Below, piece after piece: positions 1 through 5,159 of a stretch of 6,034 nt of DNA. The stretch lies in IMG/VR virus record IMGVR_UViG_3300020041_000019, positions 1 through 6,034 of that record; one strand, 5' to 3'. Numbering within the stretch: position 1 is the stretch's first letter; every line of letters starts with the position of its first letter. The position numbers and the translations under genes were made by a program. The DNA is from a virus. The notes beneath the pieces are model-generated. The model saw nothing but the letters and a program-made list of their open reading frames with translations. It did not search any database and was not told the origin of the DNA.

Positions 1-121
1 CGAGTAATAGGATTGGAACTACGGAGATTCCTTTCGTACTGAGGATTCGGAATTTCAACGTCAAAGCGCTTATCCCAATTACGCGAAAGCTCATAGGCGG
101 AATCAAGATTATTGAGACGAA
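1..121. repeat. Terminal direct repeat, copy A (assembly overlap of a circular genome)
   Basis: Bases 1-121 (cgagtaataggattggaactacgg...attgagacgaa) match 5914-6034 with a constant offset of 5913. The repeat reaches both window edges. It lies inside an open reading frame, not in noncoding DNA. Confidence 0.93.
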
Positions 122-989
122 GGGATTCAATCACCTCGCGAGCCTGCTCACCTAAAACCTGATTGAGTGCACCCTGAGTATTCATCATAAAAGCCTGAGC
201 AGACATAAGTACACCTAAATTATCATTCTCGATGCCTAAACGCTTGACTGTTGCAGCAACGGCAGCAGACTGATTCTTCTTTTCATCAATGACGCTCAAG
301 AGCGTACTATCGGAGATAAATCGATTATTCTTCTCTATATCCTCCTGAACCTGAAGAACATCACGAGCGGCTAGATTATGCTTAGTAATAGCTTCATCAA
401 GAGCTACTCGAGCTTGAGCCATAGCAGTATAAAGCTGGCTGCCAACATTCTGGTCATCAATAGAACGAGCTTCAGCCTCATCACGAGCAGCGGCAGCCCG
501 ATTCCGCTCAATAGTAGAGTTAACACCCATAGCTTCAAGGGCAGTTCCGGCAGCAGCAGAACCGACACCGGGAGACAGCTGGCTAGAGAAGTCGAATGAA
601 CCACCGGAGGGACCGGAAGCACCCACAGAACCGGCAGAACCACCAGACATAGTAGCATTAACGCCAACGCCACTAGACCCGAGAACCGCGGCAGGCGTAA
701 TACCGGCTTTTAGATAGCGATCGAAGACCTTCGAAGGATCGTTATAAGCGTTTTCGTAATCAAATTGCTTCTGCCAATTGGCGTAGTTGATCTCACCTTG
801 CTTCTGCATCTGCTCTAAAGCGTACTGCTGCTGAAGTTTCATCTGCTTCTGCTGGTACTTCCATTGCCTTTTGAGAGAAGGCTTGAAGAGGCCCGAAGCT
901 ACCTGACCACCGGCAGAAAGGCCAGCAGCGCCAATAACAGCACCGGTAGAAATAGGTTCAACGTAGCTTTTGAAATCAATAAGTTGCAT
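1..989 (-). CDS. VP2: DNA pilot / minor capsid protein VP2, N-terminal 329 codons; the ORF runs off the window start and continues at 5913 on the circle
   Basis: ATG at 989-987 is the first start after an in-frame TAG at 1031-1029. My manual translation is open all the way to base 1: MQLIDFKSYVEPISTGAVIGAAGLSAGGQVASGLF...NYANWQKQFDYENAYNDPSKVFDRYLKAGITPAAVLG...GS-rich linker...NRAAAARDEAEARSIDDQ...coiled-coil-like Q/A/E-rich segment. The ...R.lKAG(I/L)(T/N)P... motif (nt 678-722) resembles the conserved microvirus VP2 motif. There is an N-terminal glycine-zipper hydrophobic segment. The ORF track omits it because no stop lies inside the window on this side. Confidence 0.8.
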   Translation of the reverse strand, partial: MQLIDFKSYVEPISTGAVIGAAGLSAGGQVASGLFKPSLKRQWKYQQKQMKLQQQYALEQMQKQGEINYANWQKQFDYENAYNDPSKVFDRYLKAGITPAAVLGSSGVGVNATMSGGSAGSVGASGPSGGSFDFSSQLSPGVGSAAAGTALEAMGVNSTIERNRAAAARDEAEARSIDDQNVGSQLYTAMAQARVALDEAITKHNLAARDVLQVQEDIEKNNRFISDSTLLSVIDEKKNQSAAVAATVKRLGIENDNLGVLMSAQAFMMNTQGALNQVLGEQAREVIESLRLNNLDSAYELSRNWDKRFDVEIPNPQYERNLRSSNPIT

Positions 990-990
990 A

Positions 991-1182
991 CTACGGAAGC
1001 GTAAAGTTGTTAGAACGAATAATGTAATCTACACGAACAGTATCAATATGAACACCAGTACGAGCTACCTTCGCCTGTGCAGAACACGAAGCGAGGAAAA
1101 AGGCCGAAAGAGCGGCAATAATAGACGAAACAAGTGTCCAAAAGGCCTTCGATTTGTAGAAGGGAATTTTAGTGTCAGACAT
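991..1182 (-). CDS. Small putative lipoprotein (63 aa; signal peptide plus lipobox LASC); function unknown, candidate lysis or superinfection-exclusion factor
   Basis: ATG at 1182. Peptide is MSDTKIPFYKSK-AFWTLVSSIIAALSAFF-LASC-SAQAKVARTGVHIDTVRVDYIIRSNNFTLP. It has a basic n-region, a 17-residue hydrophobic core and an L-A-S-C lipobox (nt 1084-1095, Cys33), leaving a 31-aa mature part. It is tightly packed: its TAG stop at 993-991 lies 1 nt before the VP2 ATG, and 3 nt separate the upstream ORF's stop from its own ATG. Confidence 0.6.
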   Translation of the reverse strand: MSDTKIPFYKSKAFWTLVSSIIAALSAFFLASCSAQAKVARTGVHIDTVRVDYIIRSNNFTLP

Positions 1183-1185
1183 AGC

Positions 1186-1293
1186 TTAAAACATTAAAGA
1201 ACGATAGAAAAATGCGCGGCCTCTCCTGCAGTCGTTACCAATAACCTTCAGCGATTCACGAACTCTCGCAGAAGGGGTCCGCGCACGTAGCAT
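1186..1293 (-). CDS. 35-aa arginine-rich ORF, candidate DNA-binding/packaging protein (analogue of phiX174 J / gokushovirus VP8)
   Basis: Not in the ORF track because it is too short. ATG at 1293-1291, TAA at 1188-1186. Peptide is MLRARTPSARVRESLKVIGNDCRRGRAFFYRSLMF, with 8 Arg + 1 Lys against 2 acidic residues and an aromatic/hydrophobic C-terminus. It fills the apparent intergenic gap almost exactly: 22 nt after the upstream stop and 3 nt before the next ATG. Confidence 0.45.
   Translation of the reverse strand: MLRARTPSARVRESLKVIGNDCRRGRAFFYRSLMF
1207..1285 (-). other. Long imperfect GC-rich inverted repeat with a downstream T-run on the coding strand, embedded in the 35-aa ORF; possible attenuating terminator or ssDNA stem-loop
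   Basis: tgcgcgg (1213-1219) pairs perfectly with ccgcgca (1279-1285). The stem continues with a bulge and mismatches to 1229/1268. The loop is 38 nt. The minus strand then reads GCA TTTTTC. The stem arms are Arg/Ala/Gly codons of the small ORF. Confidence 0.3.
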
Positions 1294-1315
1294 ATATCGT
1301 CTAGTGAAGGGTGTA

Positions 1316-1612
1316 CTATTTTTCTTCAGAGCTGGGGTTTTTCGAAGCAGACTTCGACTTATCTAACTCTGAGTCAATGAGTTCCTGACCGACCTCGAGA
1401 CCGTCAAACTTATCCATACGGGAAAACGAATTAGGGTCGAAGTCGATATCAGGGTTGAATTTCTCACCCTTATCAAAATCAGAAGGCTCAGCCGCCACGT
1501 CAGGACGACCGGGGAGGACATCGACGGAGCCAGAACCGTCGAGAACAGAAAGAATACGCTGACCACGAGAAACGTAGGCAGGAGTATCTTCGAGAAGCCA
1601 ATCAAGTGCCAT
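1316..1612 (-). CDS. Acidic 98-aa protein of unknown function; possibly a scaffolding-type (VP3-like) protein
   Basis: ATG at 1612, 12 nt after the VP1 stop. TAG at 1318-1316. It has 22 D/E against 11 K/R, and three DFD/KFD motifs (SDFDK, DIDFDP, MDKFDG). Its placement in the operon directly after the capsid gene supports it being real. Confidence 0.65.
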   Translation of the reverse strand: MALDWLLEDTPAYVSRGQRILSVLDGSGSVDVLPGRPDVAAEPSDFDKGEKFNPDIDFDPNSFSRMDKFDGLEVGQELIDSELDKSKSASKNPSSEEK

Positions 1613-1624
1613 AAAATCAATGTA

Positions 1625-3424
1625 TTAGCGGTTAGACAAACGAGTTGCAAATGTTTTATTAATCAAAGTCTTCTTCTGAACCGCGTAGGACATATTTATA
1701 AAGAAATTATCCTCCACGTTAGAAGCAAAAGGTGAATTAACCTGAGCCATATCCACAAAAAGCGCGGGATAATAATTGGCGCTAGCGGAGCCTACATACG
1801 AGAAACCAAGTGAACGCTGCTGCACCCAATACGAATAAAGAGACTTTGGGGTGCCTAACACAGGAGCAGGGTACGCAGACAGAGACCCTAATACTTCATC
1901 ATAAGACGAACGAAACTCGTTGAAACAAGGCTCGTAGGCAACGGCAAGACCAAGGTTTGAGCCTGCCGCATTACTAAAAAGTCTTGCAGCGGGGACATCC
2001 TGATATCCGATATCGTTGTAAATGGGATTAAAATAATCCGACCCTTGATAGTTTAAATAATCAGGGGTAATGCCACTCCAAAAATAAACAGGACGAATGC
2101 TCAGCATATCGATCATATAACCGGGCTCGCGGAAATAGTAAGACTGTCGGCGACCTAATCGATCGTTGAAAGCAATGGCACCACCTTGCTGTCCTAGGGG
2201 ACCAGTCATGCCCGAACCGGAGAAGTTATTCTGGCCAGCTTGGTTCATAACAATCTGAACGTTGACAGTCTGAGAAGCACTAAAAAGAAGCTTAGGTCGG
2301 TCTACATGCTCAATTTTAGAAGCAAAAAACGTTTCGAGCCAATCGCTATAACGACTACCTCCAGCGCCGAGAAGGTCTTTATATTCCTGAAGACGAGAAG
2401 CAATAGCCAACTGCGGAATAGTGTTTACTCCGGTCATAGAAACAGCAGACGAAGAACCTACGGGAATAAGACGACTAAAGCGATCGGGGTTTGAAGGCAC
2501 AACAGCCATAGGATGCGCAAACAAAAAGGCCGAAATACTGGAGACAGAGGATGTGCCTATAGCGGTGGAGAACTGACCGGACGGACCGCCGCCGGAAACA
2601 ATATTAGCACCACTAGGCAACGTGGTAGAAACAGGGTAGCCATCTTGATCGCCACCTGAGGGAAGTTGGGAATCGATTATCTGGAAAAATAAGTTACCTC
2701 TATTGAAAGTATTATTCGTGCTCGAAACAGCTGATGGGTAAAACTGACTCTCAAAATAAGAGTCGAGAAACTCTAAGTTAGCGAACTCCTGCTTAAAAAA
2801 CGAAGATTCTGCAGCAAAATGATAAGAACCATCCGAAACTGACCAGGAAGCAGGCCACGCAATCGAGTATAAAGACCACTGCGAGTAACTGTAGTAATTT
2901 CGAACGATGTCCCAATAAGCTAAATACGTATCAGCGTTCGCCCATTGATTGACCGCAGCACTAGAAGGGAGAGCGGCAGTATAAGGAGGCTGATTAGAAA
3001 GCTGAAGCGATGTCTTATTGGAAACGCGAAGCCAAGACATGAGCGAATTGGGATAAGCTCGCGAAGTACCAAGAGCAGAATTAGGGGTAGTGGTCCCAGA
3101 AGTACCAACAAGAGCGGTAATCCAATTCAAGCTCAATTCATTCATATCAAACTTACTACTATTCGTCCTCAACTCAGGATGGTAAAGTTGAAGCGGCACC
3201 CAAAAACGATGCAAACGAATAGTGTAGGGATTGAATGTCGGAACAGCAAGCGGGTTGCTACGAACATCGATACCCTGTTCAATAGAAACGCGGTCACGGG
3301 CATTAATAAAATCGATTCGCACAGGATACAGAATACCCGGCGTGCATGTAAAAGCTTTACCCTCGGGAACATCGTAGCGAGAGTAGCCATTGACGGCGTG
3401 AGAAATAAAAGGTTGTCTTCCCAT
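1625..3424 (-). CDS. VP1: Major capsid protein VP1 (Microviridae F/VP1 family), 599 aa
   Basis: ATG at 3424, TAA at 1627-1625. It carries hallmark microvirus capsid blocks: ...FTCTPGILYPVRIDFINARDRV..., RLQEYKDLLGAGGSRYSDWLETFF...DRPKLL, EPGYMIDMLSIRPVYFW, YFNPIYNDIGYQDVP, EPCFNEFRSSYDEV and YWVQQRSL. It is the longest ORF in the genome. Confidence 0.93.
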   Translation of the reverse strand: MGRQPFISHAVNGYSRYDVPEGKAFTCTPGILYPVRIDFINARDRVSIEQGIDVRSNPLAVPTFNPYTIRLHRFWVPLQLYHPELRTNSSKFDMNELSLNWITALVGTSGTTTPNSALGTSRAYPNSLMSWLRVSNKTSLQLSNQPPYTAALPSSAAVNQWANADTYLAYWDIVRNYYSYSQWSLYSIAWPASWSVSDGSYHFAAESSFFKQEFANLEFLDSYFESQFYPSAVSSTNNTFNRGNLFFQIIDSQLPSGGDQDGYPVSTTLPSGANIVSGGGPSGQFSTAIGTSSVSSISAFLFAHPMAVVPSNPDRFSRLIPVGSSSAVSMTGVNTIPQLAIASRLQEYKDLLGAGGSRYSDWLETFFASKIEHVDRPKLLFSASQTVNVQIVMNQAGQNNFSGSGMTGPLGQQGGAIAFNDRLGRRQSYYFREPGYMIDMLSIRPVYFWSGITPDYLNYQGSDYFNPIYNDIGYQDVPAARLFSNAAGSNLGLAVAYEPCFNEFRSSYDEVLGSLSAYPAPVLGTPKSLYSYWVQQRSLGFSYVGSASANYYPALFVDMAQVNSPFASNVEDNFFINMSYAVQKKTLINKTFATRLSNR

Positions 3425-3427
3425 AAA

Positions 3428-4498
3428 TTAAATAATTAGTTGAAGTTTATAATGATCTCTCCAAAACTGAAGAATATCCTGATCTAGCCAAGTAGGGGGG
3501 TCAAAATCGGGCATCTTACGAGAGGAAGCAGAAAAACGCATTATTTGCTTTTGCTCCCACGTATATGTCTCTCTACGGGATACGGAGGAATTGAGACCGA
3601 ACCGGTCAACACACAGAGACACAATACGCTTAACCAGAGAAGACTTGCTAAAACGTGAATAAGCATCAGCAGCGGTAATCGAGCGAATAACGTCGTCTTC
3701 CGGTTTAAGGTATCTAAGGTAATATCGAGGAATCGTGTAATTATAATTGATGCGCTTCTCAAAATCAAAATAAGACCACGACGAAACACGAGCAGTAGGG
3801 CGAGGCATATAACCAAGAAAATCACCAACGCCAGCAGATACGAATTTTCGTGTATAACGGCGATGTTGGAGGAGAGTAGCCAAAGGTGTAATTTTTCCAT
3901 TTAAGGTAACGAATTTATCCGAGATTTCCTCGGGATTAAACTGAATTTGTTTAGTAACATACTTAACGCAGTAACGAGCACGCTTCTGGGTTGCTTTCAC
4001 CAACCACACGAAACCAAGGTCACTAACAGCTGATCGAATGTCATTGTACATACAATCGGTTCCAAAAAGAAAACCATGGAAGTGAAGTCGTGGAGCTGAT
4101 CCTGTCTCTGGGTGGGTGCCAAACTCCTGGAAAAACGCATGTTTAAAGGAGTGGCCGATCTTATGGCGAATACGCTCATTCCATCGTCGGATAAACTTAG
4201 AAGGATCTCGCAATGCTTCATCGTAATACTTCGGCGATATTGTTATCGTAATAAAAATAGCCTGCCGAGACTCAGCCTTACAGCGAGCAAGCTCACGCTC
4301 AAGACGAACAAACCAATCATTACGCTGACGACGCAAGCAGTCTTCACACTTTCCACAGGGAACCATTAACCACTGGCGGGCGACGTCCCAGGGACGAAGA
4401 GCTAAAGCCGACTTGGCGACATCAGAACCGTTGCGACAAGGATTTTTCTTGTCGAAATAACGGCGATTTCGTATCCATATGGGAGAAGAACAGGCCAC
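3428..4498 (-). CDS. VP4: Rolling-circle replication initiator VP4 (HUH endonuclease, phiX174 gpA superfamily), 356 aa, GTG start
   Basis: Motif I is FITITI (nt 4238-4255). The HUH motif is LHFHGFLF (HFH at nt 4076-4084). The two-Tyr catalytic motif is YCVKYVTK (nt 3950-3973), the same pattern as phiX174 gpA YVAKYVNK. There is a conserved-looking N-terminus ACSSPIWIRN and a CGKCEDC cysteine cluster. The only start that retains this N-terminus is GTG at 4498-4496. TAA at 3430-3428 lies 3 nt before the VP1 ATG. Confidence 0.92.
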   Translation of the reverse strand: MACSSPIWIRNRRYFDKKNPCRNGSDVAKSALALRPWDVARQWLMVPCGKCEDCLRRQRNDWFVRLERELARCKAESRQAIFITITISPKYYDEALRDPSKFIRRWNERIRHKIGHSFKHAFFQEFGTHPETGSAPRLHFHGFLFGTDCMYNDIRSAVSDLGFVWLVKATQKRARYCVKYVTKQIQFNPEEISDKFVTLNGKITPLATLLQHRRYTRKFVSAGVGDFLGYMPRPTARVSSWSYFDFEKRINYNYTIPRYYLRYLKPEDDVIRSITAADAYSRFSKSSLVKRIVSLCVDRFGLNSSVSRRETYTWEQKQIMRFSASSRKMPDFDPPTWLDQDILQFWRDHYKLQLII

Positions 4499-4698
4499 TA
4501 CAAAAGACTTCTAAGACAATCGAACTTAATATAAGGATTAGTAAGACGACAACGAACTAGGTAATCATTCGCAGGAGTCTCATCAGAGAACCAAGCAATA
4601 ACGACTCGCTTTTTACCACGGTATGCGCCAATGGAGTAACGATGAGGAACACTATCAAGAATAGGGGAAAATCTAGGTCTAAAATCAAAATAATCCAT
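4498..4698 (-). CDS. Hypothetical 66-aa protein, first gene of the replication/capsid operon
   Basis: ATG at 4698. The TAG stop at 4500-4498 shares its last base with the VP4 GTG (TAGTG). I recognised no motif. Support comes from the tight coupling to VP4 and its position directly after the only large noncoding region. Confidence 0.55.
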   Translation of the reverse strand: MDYFDFRPRFSPILDSVPHRYSIGAYRGKKRVVIAWFSDETPANDYLVRCRLTNPYIKFDCLRSLL

Positions 4699-4702
4699 AA
4701 TT

Positions 4703-4710
4703 CAAAAATA
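4703..4710 (-). promoter_or_regulatory. Possible -7 box (TATTTTTG) 4 nt upstream of the 66-aa ORF's ATG
   Basis: The minus strand reads AAGTAATATTTTTGAATT-ATG. This matches TAnnTTTG, but there is only a TTTA, not TTTG, about 22 nt upstream. The spacing would imply a leaderless or near-leaderless mRNA. Confidence 0.25.
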
Positions 4711-4740
4711 TTACTTAGCATCAATTACTACGTAAAGAAC

Positions 4741-4766
4741 CCGCAGGAGAGGGGTGTCTCCTGGGG
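4741..4766 (-). terminator. GC-rich hairpin followed by a T-rich tract on the coding strand; candidate intrinsic terminator and/or ssDNA structural element
   Basis: Arms 4741-4750 (ccgcaggaga) and 4757-4766 (tctcctgggg) pair at 9 of 10 positions, including a perfect 7-bp core caggaga/tctcctg, around a 6-nt loop. On the minus strand the hairpin is followed by GTTCTTTAC. It lies downstream of the 107-aa ORF's stop. Confidence 0.4.
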
Positions 4767-4771
4767 CTCAG

Positions 4772-4787
4772 AGAGTTAAAGAACTCT
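4772..4787. repeat. Small perfect hairpin (6-bp stem, 4-nt loop) adjacent to the GC-rich hairpin
   Basis: agagtt (4772-4777), aaag loop, aactct (4782-4787). Confidence 0.35.
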
Positions 4788-4812
4788 TCCACCAAGCGGG
4801 CGGGTCACTACT

Positions 4813-5136
4813 CTAGTGCCCTTTCCCTTCTTCTTCCGACGCGCTTTCATCATCAGACAAATTAAGGTCAAACGTAAGAACGAGAGTGTTATCGAAAAAC
4901 TCGATCGCAAAATTCGGATACGAGATCAGAGATGCGATCAGATCCGAAATAGAATGATGCTCGATGTAGGGCGAATCAGAAAAGCTGGAACACTCTACAT
5001 ACTTTGAAAAAGGAGCATCCTTAAAAGTGTCAAGAGGAAGTGTCGTAAACTGACCATCTTCAAGACGGCCTACCTGAACAAGATCGACCTTAACAGCAGG
5101 GTTAATACGACGAATAACAAGATGAATCTGTGTCAT
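4813..5136 (-). CDS. Hypothetical acidic 107-aa protein with an acidic C-terminal tail (SDDESASEEEGKGH)
   Basis: ATG at 5136, 23 nt after the upstream stop. TAG at 4815-4813. It has about 18 D/E against 7 K/R. I recognised no family. Confidence 0.6.
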   Translation of the reverse strand: MTQIHLVIRRINPAVKVDLVQVGRLEDGQFTTLPLDTFKDAPFSKYVECSSFSDSPYIEHHSISDLIASLISYPNFAIEFFDNTLVLTFDLNLSDDESASEEEGKGH

Positions 5137-5159
5137 AATAATATAATTTAACGTTTTAT

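Noticed and set aside
404-673. Minus-strand alternative-frame ORFs 404..673 (GTG start), 1363..1650 (TTG start), 2920..3111, 3169..3390 and 3997..4221
   Set aside because: All sit in the +1 frame of VP2, the 98-aa ORF, VP1 or VP4, and are uniformly Leu/Val/Phe-rich. Several need non-ATG starts. The systematic +1-frame pattern points to codon-bias stop depletion rather than overprinted genes. Only the longest ATG-initiated one (3541..3900) is kept, as a low-priority finding.
540-690. Repetitive ggcagc/gaaccg-type DNA, considered as a tandem repeat or variable-number repeat
   Set aside because: It is imperfect codon-level repetition encoding the Gly/Ser/Ala-rich linker of VP2 (SGGSAGSVGASGPSGG...). 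There is no exact tandem unit.
1279-1306. ccgcgcacgtagcatatatcgtctagtg considered as a dif-like XerC/D site, relevant because Bacteroidetes microvirus proviruses have been proposed to use host recombinases
   Set aside because: Only GCGCA plus an ATATAT core resembles dif-type sites. I could not align convincing 11-nt arms. The segment overlaps the start of the 35-aa ORF and its 5' flank. It cannot be supported without a host dif sequence for comparison.
2945-3439. 164-aa plus-strand ORF, very basic (R/K/S-rich), plus the other plus-strand ORFs in the track (378..599, 970..1197, 2240..2494, 4112..4369, 4816..5007, 5647..5862)
   Set aside because: All are antisense to well-supported minus-strand genes. 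They have low-complexity compositions typical of antisense translation of a T-rich coding strand. Microviridae encode all genes on one strand. I saw no independent start or regulatory context.
3720-3726. Minus-strand CTCGATATTACC, resembling the phiX174 origin core CTTGATATTAAT (shared GATATTA), inside VP4
   Set aside because: Only a 7-nt identity, expected by chance in about 6 kb of AT-leaning sequence. The flanks do not match the 30-nt phiX origin, and the position within the Rep gene differs from phiX.
4706-4714. AAATATTAC on the plus strand, matching the CRESS-DNA virus origin nonamer NANTATTAC
   Set aside because: It lies on the strand complementary to the coding (viral) strand and is not in the loop of a stem-loop. 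It sits in an AT-rich stretch where a motif with 7 fixed bases is expected by chance roughly once in this much sequence. Microvirus Reps of the gpA type are not known to use this nonamer.
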